A stretch of 64,000 bases of DNA from Minisyncoccota bacterium (GCA_041664925.1 JBAYJV010000002.1:136302-200301), one strand, 5' to 3'; shown: positions 9,160 to 19,382, numbered from the stretch's first letter. Translations and numbers: made by a program. The notes: generated by a model not told the origin, from the sequence alone.

Positions 9160-9613
9160 ACTATTTGATCAAATCAAACAAGACTTAGTCCTAATCCTTA
9201 AGGCAAATAAACCTCAAGAGGTTTTGGTTTTGCGAGGGATTTTGTCATCTGTTCATAATAAAGAAATTGAAAAAGGAAAAGATGCGGAATTAATAGATGA
9301 CGATGTTCTTTCGGTTTTGATGCTCGAAGCAAAGAAAAGAAAAGACGCAATTGCGCTTTATGAGAAAGGCGGGCGCCCAGAAAAAGCCGAAGATGAACGC
9401 CGTGAACTTGAAATTATATCTAAATATTTACCAGAGCAGTTATCGGAAGAAGAAATAACGGAAATCGTTAAAGAAGTTATAAAGGAAACCGGTGCCGAAA
9501 CAATGCAAGATATGGGAAAAGTCATGGGTCAGATTATGGCAAAAGTGAAAGGAAAAGCCGATGGCATGAAAGTAAAAGAAATTGTTGGAAGAGAACTGAT
9601 GCAGAAGGCATAA
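9149..9613 (+). CDS. yqeY: GatB/YqeY domain protein
   Basis: YqeY-like sequence; conserved adjacency to rpsU; terminator 'ttacagagaatttctctgtaatttt' follows. Confidence 0.75.
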   Translation: MTSKLFDQIKQDLVLILKANKPQEVLVLRGILSSVHNKEIEKGKDAELIDDDVLSVLMLEAKKRKDAIALYEKGGRPEKAEDERRELEIISKYLPEQLSEEEITEIVKEVIKETGAETMQDMGKVMGQIMAKVKGKADGMKVKEIVGRELMQKA

Positions 9614-9687
9614 CTTTACAACACTACAACTTAACGACTTAACAACAAAAAATTACAGAGAATTTCTCTGTAATTTTGCTTAATATA

Positions 9688-9804
9688 CCCTCCTTCGCCA
9701 TAGTCTGCCTGTCGGCAGACAGGGCTACGGACGGGTTATTGATTCTGTAGTCTCTCGTAAACTCAAGAACAGAATCAATAAAAAAGCGGAGATCGTATCT
9801 CCGC
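9688..9804 (-). repeat. Composite structured element, copy 3 of 4 (covarying second hairpin)
   Basis: Terminator gcggagatacgatctccgc + T-run, then 'ttattgattctgt...acagaatcaataa' with compensatory substitutions relative to the other copies. Confidence 0.7.
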
Positions 9805-9815
9805 TAAGTTTTTTC

Positions 9816-10115
9816 TTAAATTGTTATCATGCCTGCGCAAAAACTCAAAAACAATCCATAGGCGATAATAGTTTTAAGAGAATCTTTCTTTTTAGGAATA
9901 AGCCACAAACATATTACAAGAAAAATCTCTATACATACAAAAATATTACTTATCGATATTCCATTAAAGCCAATATTCCACAAAGGCATTACTCCAAATG
10001 CTTTGAGTAACATAATTATTGTTGAAAATAATGGCAAAATCGGAAACACCAAAGAGCTAATGTTAAGATTTTTCTTTTCTCTTACTTGTTCCATTTTTCC
10101 TCCTTTACTCCTCAA
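9816..10115 (-). CDS. Small membrane protein, unknown
   Basis: Two or three hydrophobic helices; followed by composite element copy 3. Confidence 0.45.
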   Translation of the reverse strand: MRSKGGKMEQVREKKNLNISSLVFPILPLFSTIIMLLKAFGVMPLWNIGFNGISISNIFVCIEIFLVICLWLIPKKKDSLKTIIAYGLFLSFCAGMITI

Positions 10116-10479
10116 CCGCTATCATTTCTTCTAATCTTTCAGCGATGAATGATAGCTGAACAATCTCATCGGCTGTGAAATACTTTGGCAAGTCCCGTCT
10201 TATTTCTTTCAGAACATCATTTCTTATGGCAAATTTTTGACCATTTAATCCTTCATAACACACGATACCTGATACTAATAAGCAATCAAAAACCCCTTCA
10301 AGTTTTTCGGAAAAACCAGATTCTCCAAAAACCAGTCCCCTTAACAGACTAAATGTCCTTAATCTCTTAAATGCTCGATGTAATAAACCTTGATTTGCCG
10401 AAATATGTCCTGACCTAATGAAGCTTAAAACTCCTTTAATCACTTCTTTGATATTAATTTCTCTCTTTTCTTGCACCAT
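10105..10479 (-). CDS. Hypothetical protein behind a modular conserved leader
   Basis: RBS 'ctctaagggaggaagaATG'. Leader modules ATGTAGTCC-hairpin, TAACCCTTCGATAAACGCAGGGCAAGG and AGCTTTTAAGTTCAC.AAAGTTTACTAAAAATCTCTAAGGGAGG. Confidence 0.5.
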   Translation of the reverse strand: MVQEKREINIKEVIKGVLSFIRSGHISANQGLLHRAFKRLRTFSLLRGLVFGESGFSEKLEGVFDCLLVSGIVCYEGLNGQKFAIRNDVLKEIRRDLPKYFTADEIVQLSFIAERLEEMIAVEE

Positions 10480-10647
10480 TCTTCCTCCCTTAGAGATTTT
10501 TAGTAAACTTTCGTGAACTTAAAAGCTCCTTGCCCTGCGTTTATCGAAGGGTTAGGTCCTGAGCTTGTCGAAGGACTACATTCATATAATTTTGAAGAAC
10601 TACTCTATATTACATACTTTTTAAATTTTGTCAATAAATATAACAAT

Positions 10648-10817
10648 ACCCCGCACCAGAATAAATACGGTGCGGGGTTATTGACTGTGTAATCTTCGTT
10701 TTCTCAGAAAATACTTAAGGTAATCCTTCGACTTCGCTCAGGATATTGATTGCGTACTCCTTCATAAATTCAGGAACGCAATCAATAAAAATGAGGGCGG
10801 TTTCGTTACCGCCCTCA
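10648..10817 (-). repeat. Composite structured element, copy 4 of 4 (with internal partial duplication)
   Basis: Terminator gagggcggtaacgaaaccgccctc + T-run directly 3' of the GC-rich def; attgattgcgt hairpin; ccccgcacc hairpin; inserted degenerate half-copy 'ttattgactgtgtaat'. Confidence 0.7.
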
Positions 10818-11255
10818 CTACGCTCCGACCATTCTCTCGATGAACAGGATGCCATCGAGATGGTCAACTTCGTGCTGGACAACTCGCGCCATCCAGCCAT
10901 TAAACTTTCCCACTTGTCTCTTGCCATTCTCATCAAAGAAGCCCAGCAGAACTTCTACCGACCTCCTGACGAGTCCGTATTGTCCGGGGAAGCTTAGACA
11001 TCCTTCCTCGGAACATTTTACCTGAAGCGACTTTCTCACGATCTGAGGATTGGTCAAAATGGTTACCCGACCTTCTGCGTCCTTCACGGCGAACACCCTC
11101 AGATTGACACCAATCTGGGGCGCAGCCAACCCTACGCCAGTTTCCGACCCAAGAAGATCTTCCTTTAACTCTCCGACTAGCTCTCGGAAAGCCATCGCCT
11201 TGAAATCCTCTACGGGCAATGACTTTTGCTTAAGCACATCGTTCGGATAAAGCAG
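10818..11255 (-). CDS. def: Peptide deformylase (GC-rich paralog; probable TTG start after RBS ggaggtg)
   Basis: 'GLAAPQIGVNLRVFAV', 'EGCLSFPG', 'QHEVDHLDGILF' metal-binding motifs; GC content far above neighbours; promoter motif 'ataatatgcTATAATg'. Confidence 0.8.
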   Translation of the reverse strand: MLYPNDVLKQKSLPVEDFKAMAFRELVGELKEDLLGSETGVGLAAPQIGVNLRVFAVKDAEGRVTILTNPQIVRKSLQVKCSEEGCLSFPGQYGLVRRSVEVLLGFFDENGKRQVGKFNGWMARVVQHEVDHLDGILFIERMVGA

Positions 11256-11377
11256 GATTCCGGACAACCCCAACCACCTCCATTCTTACTATCATTATAG
11301 CATATTATTAATAAAAAATCAAGCTTTTTCCAAAAAAAATACAGCTAATCGCTGTATAATAAGATTTTTTTATTTAT

Positions 11378-11824
11378 TTACTTGATTAATTTATCTACAT
11401 ACAATATTCCATTCAAATGATCGATCTCATGCTGAAAGGCTTGAGCAATAAGGCCTTTAACAGTGGTTTTGTGTTTTTTGCCGGTTTCATCATAATATTT
11501 CATAACAACCTTGCTCGATCTTTCCATTTCATCAAATTCTCCGGGAACGCTTAAACATCCTTCATTGAATAAGTTTTTTTTATTAGAAAAATGGGTGATT
11601 TCAGGATTGATAAAAATCTTAATTTCACCTTTCATATTTAAAACAAAAACCCGAAGATTAACACCAATCTGAGGAGCAGCTAGTCCCAACCCTTCTTTTG
11701 TTACTAAAAGAGTGTCTATTAAATCTTTAATTGTTTGTTTTGTTTCTTTGGACTCAAAATCAACAACAACTTCAGATCGGGTTCTTAATATTTTACTTGG
11801 TTCACGCAAAATGCTTTTGATCAT
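11378..11824 (-). CDS. def: Peptide deformylase (AT-rich, native-looking paralog)
   Basis: 'GLAAPQIGVNLRVFVL', 'EGCLSVPG', 'QHEIDHLNGILY'. Confidence 0.85.
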   Translation of the reverse strand: MIKSILREPSKILRTRSEVVVDFESKETKQTIKDLIDTLLVTKEGLGLAAPQIGVNLRVFVLNMKGEIKIFINPEITHFSNKKNLFNEGCLSVPGEFDEMERSSKVVMKYYDETGKKHKTTVKGLIAQAFQHEIDHLNGILYVDKLIK

Positions 11825-11851
11825 AATGCCTTTATTATAATGATAATATCC

Positions 11852-13756
11852 TTAAATTTCAATTGTGTCGACATCAATATCCCAAGAATCGGGAATTGTC
11901 ACAAGAAGATGGTTGCGTTCTTTAAGATGACTTCTTTTTACCTTGAGAATAATTGAACGATAGTAAAAACCCTTGATTTTTGGTTTTAGCGAATTCATCG
12001 GACCTAAAATTTTTATTCCTTCTGGTAATTTATTTTTTATAATCAATTGATCAAATAATTTCTTGCTTTCTTTTTCTGCTCTGATTTCATCTTTATGGCG
12101 ATATTTAAGGCTAATTATTTGCCAATACGGGGGATAGGAAAGCGCTTTTCTAAGACCCAGCTCTTTTTTATAAATATCTTCGTATTGCCCAGAATGTAAC
12201 ATCTTGAGTAATGAATCTTCCGGATTATATGTCTGAATAATGAGTTCTTTTGAAGAAAGCGCTAATTTCCTGACTAAGCGAATTATTCTTTCTTCTGTGG
12301 AAAAATCAGGAAAATTGACCAAAAGATCAAAGTTCAAAATAGAAACAAGATCAAACTCCATTTCTTGGACCCCAAAAATAATACTAGTCGCTATAAGAAT
12401 TTTTCCTTTTTTTTCGCCGATAAAGTTCTGAATAATTTTCTGTTTTTCAATGTTTGTTGGCGCAGAATTAAGATCTAAAAGATATATCGGCGTTTCAGGA
12501 AAAAAATTTGCAATCTCTTTATAAATTCTTTGGGTACCATGTCCAGAATACTTAACAAGATGACCATGGCACTTGCGGCAACCTCCAGGAGGATTTTCTT
12601 GGTGATTGCATAGATGACAAATTAATTTGTTGGCATCTCGATAATAGACTAAAGATGATTTGCAATTAGGACATTCGTAAAAATAGCCACAATCCTTGCA
12701 ATATATATAAGTAGCTAATCCTCTGCGATTTTGAAAAAGTAAAACAGTGCCATTTTTATTAAGAATATTTTTAATTTTTTCTAAAAGAACAGGGGAGAAG
12801 TAAGAAAATTTATTTCCTTGCTCCATTAACTTAATCATATCTACTATTTCTATTTTTGCGGTTTTTTCTTCAAACAATTTTGTTTTTGGAAAATATTTTT
12901 CATCCTTAATGTTTGAATATGATTCAAATGATAAAACTTTATCTGTAAATATGATTTTTGCTTTGTGAAGATCAGATAGCTTTAGCGCCACATGTTTAGC
13001 GTTGTATTTTGGATGCTGATCCCATGATTTATAAGAAAGAGAATTTTCGTCATTAACAATAATTAATTTTAAGTTTTTGAAAGGAAGAAAAACTCCCTGT
13101 CTGGTCGAGAAGATTATGACTGATTCTCCAGATAAAATCCTAAGCCAATTTTTTTTGAGCTGAGATTTTTTAATCTCGCTGTGAAAGACTAAAGTTTTTT
13201 TCTTTAGACTTTCGGGTAATTTCTCGTAAGCTTGTTCTAGTTTAATTATTTCTGGATACAGTTCTAATACTTGCCTTTCTTTCTTTATTGCGCCTAATAA
13301 TATTTTATAGTGCTGTTCGTTGTTAATATCACTATAAAATTCTTTTTTGCTTAAATCATTCTTTTTTTTGCTTTCTTTATTGTTTTTATAAAAACTTTCT
13401 TTTTTATTTAATTCTTTCAGAGGAATATTTGTAAGAATTGATTTTAAAACAATTCCTGCTGGTTCCCAATAATAAAGACTCGTCCACAAAATCAGTTCTC
13501 TTAATTTTTCGTCAATAATCTCACTAGAAACTAATATTTTCTCAATGTTTTTTAATTTGAAATTAGACTTTCTTAAATTCATTTTTGTTTGCCTTAAATC
13601 TTCTGCCTCAAACACGACTCCTGCAACCTTTCTATTTTTTAACTTAACAGAAATTAAACCTCCGAGCTCAATATTTTCTTTTGAAAAATATGTTAGAAGT
13701 TGAGGTTGATTTAAGGGAATTTTTGTTCCGGGTATGACTTTTAAAATTTTTATCAT
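11852..13756 (-). CDS. priA: Primosomal protein N' (PriA-like replication-restart helicase, divergent)
   Basis: N-terminal 3'-end binding-like domain; Cys4-rich zinc module 'CPNCKSSLVYY..CHLCNH...CRKCHGHL' typical of PriA; helicase core degenerate. Confidence 0.6.
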   Translation of the reverse strand: MIKILKVIPGTKIPLNQPQLLTYFSKENIELGGLISVKLKNRKVAGVVFEAEDLRQTKMNLRKSNFKLKNIEKILVSSEIIDEKLRELILWTSLYYWEPAGIVLKSILTNIPLKELNKKESFYKNNKESKKKNDLSKKEFYSDINNEQHYKILLGAIKKERQVLELYPEIIKLEQAYEKLPESLKKKTLVFHSEIKKSQLKKNWLRILSGESVIIFSTRQGVFLPFKNLKLIIVNDENSLSYKSWDQHPKYNAKHVALKLSDLHKAKIIFTDKVLSFESYSNIKDEKYFPKTKLFEEKTAKIEIVDMIKLMEQGNKFSYFSPVLLEKIKNILNKNGTVLLFQNRRGLATYIYCKDCGYFYECPNCKSSLVYYRDANKLICHLCNHQENPPGGCRKCHGHLVKYSGHGTQRIYKEIANFFPETPIYLLDLNSAPTNIEKQKIIQNFIGEKKGKILIATSIIFGVQEMEFDLVSILNFDLLVNFPDFSTEERIIRLVRKLALSSKELIIQTYNPEDSLLKMLHSGQYEDIYKKELGLRKALSYPPYWQIISLKYRHKDEIRAEKESKKLFDQLIIKNKLPEGIKILGPMNSLKPKIKGFYYRSIILKVKRSHLKERNHLLVTIPDSWDIDVDTIEI

Positions 13757-13842
13757 AATCTAATCTTAATATTTTTAACTCCAACTATCAAATTATCCAC
13801 AGATCCTATTGACTTTTAACTGTGGATAAGGTAGACTGTTAT

Positions 13843-14054
13843 GGCGGAAGTGTGGTTTGGGCCCAAGGAGGGAGAACGCCAAAAACAACAACTAATGTTG
13901 GTTTTGGTATTTCGAAAGGAGGCAAACCTTCAGATACCAAGAACATGGACTACCCCAGCCCTGATGAGACCGATTTCACGCGTAACCCCCTAGGATGCGG
14001 GATCGGTCACACAAATAGGGGGAGCACATGTGCACAAAGGCAGAACGAAAACAG
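13843..14054 (+). promoter_or_regulatory. GC-rich ~210-nt structured leader (candidate cis-regulatory RNA) upstream of a small Cys-containing protein
   Basis: Promoter TTGACT(13808)-17-TAGACT(13831). No plausible ORF: the 13822..14160 frame is G/R-rich nonsense. High GC and many helices. Confidence 0.4.
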
Positions 14055-14345
14055 ATGGCTGTTTTTGTTTCTCAATGTTGCGGTGGAGAAATCTCCACAA
14101 CTTGCGCGATGGATGCCCTTAAGAAAGTCAAGGGCATTGTCGATGAAGAAGGTTCTCTAGATCCAAGGATAACAGAGGACCGTCTCATGGAAGAGGTCTG
14201 TGGTAACATCGCTCTATTCGGACTTTCTCCCAGTAATCAACAAGGAATACTCGAGTTAGCCTTGAGCGTTGAAAGATCTCTTTCTAATATGGGTATGTTT
14301 ACGCCGTACCCAGAATCGCAAGTGCTTCAACCTCAGACAAGTTAG
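14055..14345 (+). CDS. 96-aa small protein with 'SQCCGGEISTTC' motif, unknown function
   Basis: ATG in-frame in ORF 14028..14345; terminator 'agagaggtaatgagagtacctctcttttt' at about 14355-14385. Confidence 0.4.
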   Translation: MAVFVSQCCGGEISTTCAMDALKKVKGIVDEEGSLDPRITEDRLMEEVCGNIALFGLSPSNQQGILELALSVERSLSNMGMFTPYPESQVLQPQTS

Positions 14346-14449
14346 AGTGTTTGAGTCAAGAGAGGTAATGAGAGTACCTCTCTTTTTTAATATAGAATCA
14401 AGAAAAAAACTTGACATTTGGTTTTTTGTAATTATCATATAATATATAG

Positions 14450-14586
14450 GTAAGAGCCAGCTTCTCGACGGGGTCTGCCGTTAAGACAGCGGTCCTTGAA
14501 GGTGGGTTCCCCCTTCCTTCATTGTGCCACTTAGCGGCACCCCTCGAGAAGGGTTCAAAGAGATAACAGAAGTTATCTCTTTTTTA
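14450..14586 (+). ncRNA. GC-rich small RNA candidate C (~135 nt), unassigned
   Basis: TTGACA at 14411 and TATAAT at 14438 (spacing non-canonical). Long-range pairing cttctcgacgggg/cccctcgagaag. Hairpin GTGCCacttagcGGCAC. Intrinsic terminator agagataacagaagttatctc + T6 at 14561-14586. No ORF. Confidence 0.45.
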
Positions 14587-14648
14587 ATTGTTGACAAACG
14601 AATCAATAAGTAACAGAATAGAGTTATTCAAGTTCTTTAAGGGAGGAT

Positions 14649-15326
14649 ATGATGAATAGAGGAATCTTGTGTAATTTTGTCGGCTGGTTCATTTTCTGGA
14701 TAATAAGAGGAATTTTGAAGATTTATACAATTATATTTTTCTGCGGAAGCTGGTTTATTCCCGGAAAATACGAAAATCTAACAGATAAAACACAGATCGT
14801 GATTGCTCGCCATATTAGCAGAAATGATATTCCATTAGTTTTGGCGGCACTTCCTCGAACCAATCGAATCCTATATGTTGCTAGGAAGGGTCTTAGAATG
14901 CTTGGCTGGCTAGAAAATAACTCATTCTTCCGTAGATGCGCCGAAGGAAAACATATTGTTTTCGTTGATAGAAACGAAACGACCAAGGAACAGGCTGAGT
15001 TAATCACTAGCGCCATTAAAAGTGGTTGGCTTAGATTCATAGTAATTTTCCCAGAAGGAGCAACTTTACCACAAGATCAATGTCTCAATCCTGGATTTGT
15101 CATTCTGGCAAGACGCTATAAATTACAAATTCGTCCTGTTAGAATAATTCCTTGGGGATGTTACCGTAGAAAAAAAGAAAGAAAATCCTTAGGAATCTTA
15201 GGAATGGGCGCTCGTCACACTTCAGTAAAAGTTGGTAATCCATTCTTTTACGAAGATATTTCAAGAGAAGAAAAAGATTACGATGCTATTGCCAAAAGAG
15301 CAATGGAGATAGTAGACAGAGTCTAG
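14649..15326 (+). CDS. plsC: 1-acyl-sn-glycerol-3-phosphate acyltransferase-like (PlsC family)
   Basis: 'ARHISRNDI' HX4D motif and 'FPEGA' motif; N-terminal TM segment. Confidence 0.7.
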   Translation: MMNRGILCNFVGWFIFWIIRGILKIYTIIFFCGSWFIPGKYENLTDKTQIVIARHISRNDIPLVLAALPRTNRILYVARKGLRMLGWLENNSFFRRCAEGKHIVFVDRNETTKEQAELITSAIKSGWLRFIVIFPEGATLPQDQCLNPGFVILARRYKLQIRPVRIIPWGCYRRKKERKSLGILGMGARHTSVKVGNPFFYEDISREEKDYDAIAKRAMEIVDRV

Positions 15327-15425
15327 GCCGATGAAAGTCGGCCTCTTTTTTATCCTTGAAATATTTATTTTTAAGAGTATAATCAACGACTTAGTTAGAA
15401 TTAAGATTGAGGTAACCCCCAATTT

Positions 15426-18221
15426 ATGGAAAACGATTTCATTAAAATTCGCAAAGCAAGAACTCATAATCTGCAGGGCATAGACTTAGATATTCCTAAA
15501 AATAAATTAGTAGTGATTACAGGCGTTTCCGGTTCAGGAAAATCATCTTTAGCTTTTGATACGCTTTATGCTGAAGGACAAAGACGTTACGTTGAATCGC
15601 TTTCCGCTTACGCTAGGCAATTTTTGGGAATTATGAATCGCCCTGACGTTGAAAAAATTGAGGGCTTATCGCCAGCGATTGCTATTAGTCAAAAATCAGT
15701 TGGCGGATTTCATAATCCAAGATCAACTGTCGGTACCGTGACAGAAATTTATGACTATTTAAGACTCCTTTTTTCAAAAATAGGAGAGCCTCATTGTCCA
15801 TCATGCGGAGAGCTTGTTAGTCATCAATCTTGTTCGCAAATTACAGACCAAATTATGTCTTATCCAAAAGATGAGACTCTTTTTATTTTGGCGCCACTTG
15901 TTAAAAATAAAAAAGGAGAACACAAAAAAGTTATTGAAGAAATTCTTCGCGCTGGCTTCGTTAGGATTGAACTTGACGGAACAATTATTAGAACAGAGGA
16001 AGCGCTAGCAACAGAGTTAGATCCTCAAAAACATCATTCAATCCTAGTGGTAATTGATAGAATTATTTTGCCAAAAGAAAAAGATCTTCTCAAGGAAGAG
16101 CGATCGCGCGTTCTAGATTCCGTGGAAACAGCGATTAAGATGGGAAAGGGATATTTAGTGGTTAAATTTGCTGATAAAGAAAATCTTTTCTCTTCTCTTT
16201 TTGCTTGTCCTGATTGTGGTATTAGTATTGCCAAGCTTGAGCCTCATAGTTTTTCTTTTAATTCTCCTTATGGCGCTTGTCCTGGATGTAATGGATTGGG
16301 TGAAAAACTAGAGATCGATCCTAATTTAGTCGTTCCAAATCCCGATTTATCTATCAATGAAGGCGCAATTCGTCCTTGGTCAACAGCATCTCATCGCGTT
16401 GGCCGCCAAGGCTGGTATTGGCATCTATTGAATGAAGTCGCAGAACATCACAAATTCTCAATGTCTCAGCCATTTAAAACCCTAACAGAAAAACAAAAAC
16501 AAATTATTTTATATGGAGATGAATCTTTTGAAGGAATAATTCCTAGTTTAAAAAGACGTTATAAAGAAACTCAATCAGATGGAGCTAGAGCAGAAGTAGA
16601 AAAATATACCATTTTTGAAATTTGTCCGCTGTGCCAAGGAAAGCGCCTTAAAAAAGAGTCCTTAGCTGTTCTTGTTTTTAATAAAAATATTACCGAACTT
16701 TCCGGCATGTCTCTACAAAAATTAATTGATTTCTTTGCTGAGCTGACTAAATCTAAAGATTATTTATCAGAATCTCAAAGAAAAATCGCTGAACCGATTT
16801 TAAAAGAGATAAATGCCCGACTAAACTATATGATTGATGTTGGCCTAGATTATTTGACTCTTGATAGAAAATCATCGACTTTGGCTGGCGGAGAAGCTCA
16901 GAGAATTCGTTTAGCCACGCAAATCGGCACAGGACTTTCCGGGGTTTTATATATTTTAGACGAACCTTCTATCGGCCTTCACCAGAGAGATCAAGGTCGC
17001 CTAATCAATATTTTAAAGAAGTTGCGAGATTTGGGTAATTCTGTTTTGGTGGTTGAGCATGATCGACAAACAATGGAACAGTCCGATTGGCTTATCGATA
17101 TCGGACCTGATGCAGGAAAACATGGCGGAAAAGTTGTTGCTCAAGGAAAGCCCCAAGATGTAAAAAAAGAAAATACCTATACCGGTCAATTTTTAAGAGA
17201 CGCTTTTGAAATTAATCGAAAAAAAATTATCCTCAAGAAAAAAGATTATCTTGAGATTATTGGAGCGACCCAAAATAACCTTAAAAATATTGATGTTAAA
17301 ATCCCTCTTAAGCAACTTGTTGTCGTTACGGGAGTATCTGGTTCAGGAAAAAGCACTCTCGTTAATGATATTTTAACCAAAGCATTATTTCGCGAATTTT
17401 ATCGCTCTCAGGAAAAGCCGGGCGATCACAAATACATTAAGGGAAAAGAATTTTTAGATAAAATTATCGTTGTTGACCAATCACCGATCGGCCGTACGCC
17501 CAGGTCAAATCCTGCGACCTATACCGGTCTTTTTTCGCCCATTAGAGATCTTTTTACTTGTTCAAAAGAGGCTAAGGTTCGAGGATATGGACCGGGAAGA
17601 TTTAGTTTTAACGTTAAGGGTGGCAGGTGTGAAACTTGCCAAGGACAAGGATTGATAAAGGTTGAAATGCAATTTTTGTCCGATGTTTATGTTGAATGCG
17701 AGAATTGTCACGGCGCAAGATATGAACAAGAAATTCTTGATATTGCTTATAATGGAAAAAATATTGCTGACATTTTAGACATGACTGTCAGCGAAGGAAA
17801 AGAATTTTTTTCAAATATTCCGGTTATAAAGAGAAAATTGGAAATCTTGGAAAAAGTCGGACTTGGCTACATTCATTTAGGACAAGCAGCGACGACGCTT
17901 TCCGGCGGAGAAGCGCAGCGCATTAAGCTTGCTAAAGAACTTTCCAAAGTTCAAACAACAAGAACTTTATATATTTTAGACGAACCGACAACAGGTCTTC
18001 ACCAGTATGATATTAAGAATTTGATGTTGGTATTGGATGAATTAGTTAAGAAAGGAAATAGCGTTGTTGTCATTGAACATAATATCGAAGTGATTCGTTT
18101 AGCTGATTGGGTGATTGATTTGGGACCTGAAGGCGGAGATAAGGGAGGAGAAATTGTTGCTGAAGGAACACCTGAACAAATCGCTAAAAACTCCAAAAGC
18201 TGGACAGGAAAGTACATATAA
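15426..18221 (+). CDS. uvrA: Excinuclease ABC subunit A
   Basis: 931 aa; two ABC ATPase modules ([23 protein letters not shown]; second [10 protein letters not shown]); zinc-finger Cys clusters; 'LSGGEAQRI' signatures. Confidence 0.95.
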   Translation: MENDFIKIRKARTHNLQGIDLDIPKNKLVVITGVSGSGKSSLAFDTLYAEGQRRYVESLSAYARQFLGIMNRPDVEKIEGLSPAIAISQKSVGGFHNPRSTVGTVTEIYDYLRLLFSKIGEPHCPSCGELVSHQSCSQITDQIMSYPKDETLFILAPLVKNKKGEHKKVIEEILRAGFVRIELDGTIIRTEEALATELDPQKHHSILVVIDRIILPKEKDLLKEERSRVLDSVETAIKMGKGYLVVKFADKENLFSSLFACPDCGISIAKLEPHSFSFNSPYGACPGCNGLGEKLEIDPNLVVPNPDLSINEGAIRPWSTASHRVGRQGWYWHLLNEVAEHHKFSMSQPFKTLTEKQKQIILYGDESFEGIIPSLKRRYKETQSDGARAEVEKYTIFEICPLCQGKRLKKESLAVLVFNKNITELSGMSLQKLIDFFAELTKSKDYLSESQRKIAEPILKEINARLNYMIDVGLDYLTLDRKSSTLAGGEAQRIRLATQIGTGLSGVLYILDEPSIGLHQRDQGRLINILKKLRDLGNSVLVVEHDRQTMEQSDWLIDIGPDAGKHGGKVVAQGKPQDVKKENTYTGQFLRDAFEINRKKIILKKKDYLEIIGATQNNLKNIDVKIPLKQLVVVTGVSGSGKSTLVNDILTKALFREFYRSQEKPGDHKYIKGKEFLDKIIVVDQSPIGRTPRSNPATYTGLFSPIRDLFTCSKEAKVRGYGPGRFSFNVKGGRCETCQGQGLIKVEMQFLSDVYVECENCHGARYEQEILDIAYNGKNIADILDMTVSEGKEFFSNIPVIKRKLEILEKVGLGYIHLGQAATTLSGGEAQRIKLAKELSKVQTTRTLYILDEPTTGLHQYDIKNLMLVLDELVKKGNSVVVIEHNIEVIRLADWVIDLGPEGGDKGGEIVAEGTPEQIAKNSKSWTGKYI

Positions 18222-18298
18222 TTTTTTGCTCAACCATTGACTTTTAATTACTAGGGTGCTAGAATCTAACCAGTTCTCAAAAAAGCAAAGGAGGAAGA

Positions 18299-18532
18299 AT
18301 GACAGCTTGGGCATGTGCTCTAGTAGGACTAGTAAGCGCATTACTTTATGGCTGTATCTGGCGAGCAACATTCGTTTGGGTTTATAAGTACTGGATGACT
18401 TGTGGTAGATTTAATGCCGAAGACTATGCCTTTTGCGCTTTCTTTGCTAGTTTTATCTGGCTTATTTATTGGCCTCTTCATCTAGCTGGTAAACTAGGTA
18501 ACAAGGCAAGACTCAGGTCTCATAGATACTAA
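18299..18532 (+). CDS. Small membrane protein, unknown
   Basis: RBS aaaggaggaaga; hydrophobic; co-directional with three further small ORFs. Confidence 0.45.
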   Translation: MTAWACALVGLVSALLYGCIWRATFVWVYKYWMTCGRFNAEDYAFCAFFASFIWLIYWPLHLAGKLGNKARLRSHRY

Positions 18533-18562
18533 AGCTAACTAAGAAAAACCAAAGGAGGAAAG

Positions 18563-18922
18563 ATGAATAAGGATAAGAAGAAAAAAGAAGAAGCAAAGAA
18601 GCAGGCCATTTTGGGGCTCAAGATAGCACGGTATGCCCTATCAGAAAATGTTGAGCTTACCATTAAATCACTCCGTGAAAATGCTGATAAGGCTGGCTGT
18701 TCGCTTGAACAAATAGGAACCAGAGAACAAGAATTAGAGGCTCTTCTGGTTGCTGGCTATAAGAATGAGGCACTCGAAATTAGTAGTCGTTGGCGTAAAG
18801 AAGGTTTTGTTAAAAAGCCGAAGGACAGCGTTGGTTATCTTCGCAGATGCATTGCCAACGCAGGATGCATTCCTGAAGATTTTGGATTAACGGAGGAACT
18901 ACTAAGAAAAATCTGTGTATAA
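18563..18922 (+). CDS. Hypothetical Lys-rich protein
   Basis: RBS aaaggaggaaag; terminator 'ggcgaatgacaaaaatcattcgccttttt' follows. Confidence 0.45.
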   Translation: MNKDKKKKEEAKKQAILGLKIARYALSENVELTIKSLRENADKAGCSLEQIGTREQELEALLVAGYKNEALEISSRWRKEGFVKKPKDSVGYLRRCIANAGCIPEDFGLTEELLRKICV

Positions 18923-19025
18923 ATAGTCAGTTACTTGGCGAATGACAAAAATCATTCGCCTTTTTGTTGACAAAATGTAATAATGTATTAGAATATAGCT
19001 AGTTCTTCAAAATCAAGGAGGAAAA

Positions 19026-19382
19026 ATGAAAATCACGAAAAAAGGGGTTCTCAAGAAAACCAAAGCTGTTTTTAGTGCAGGGCGCGTTCTCTTTATTGTA
19101 TTGGTTCTAATGGTTATTCTTGCTCCGTTTATGGTTAAAGCAGGTTCGTATATTTTGACAGCAATTTCCGGTCCTACAGGTAATAGTGGTAACCCGATAA
19201 CTGATATCTCAAGATTCTCGCAACTGGGACCCATATTTCCATACCTAATGTTCTTCTTTTGTTGGTTTATGATGTATTTGACTGTATTGTCTGGATGGAT
19301 GCTTATATTTCTCGTCATTCCCACAATGCGTGAAGCAATAGGAAATGGAATAAAAAACTTGGTCAAAGACATCAAAAGCTAG
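19026..19382 (+). CDS. Small membrane protein, unknown
   Basis: RBS aaggaggaaaa; TM helices. Confidence 0.45.
   Translation: MKITKKGVLKKTKAVFSAGRVLFIVLVLMVILAPFMVKAGSYILTAISGPTGNSGNPITDISRFSQLGPIFPYLMFFFCWFMMYLTVLSGWMLIFLVIPTMREAIGNGIKNLVKDIKS

Noticed and set aside
13822-14160. 112-aa ORF from the six-frame track across the GC-rich leader
   Set aside because: G/R-rich nonsense composition, no RBS, overlaps the better-supported 14055..14345 ORF in another frame; treated as a non-coding leader
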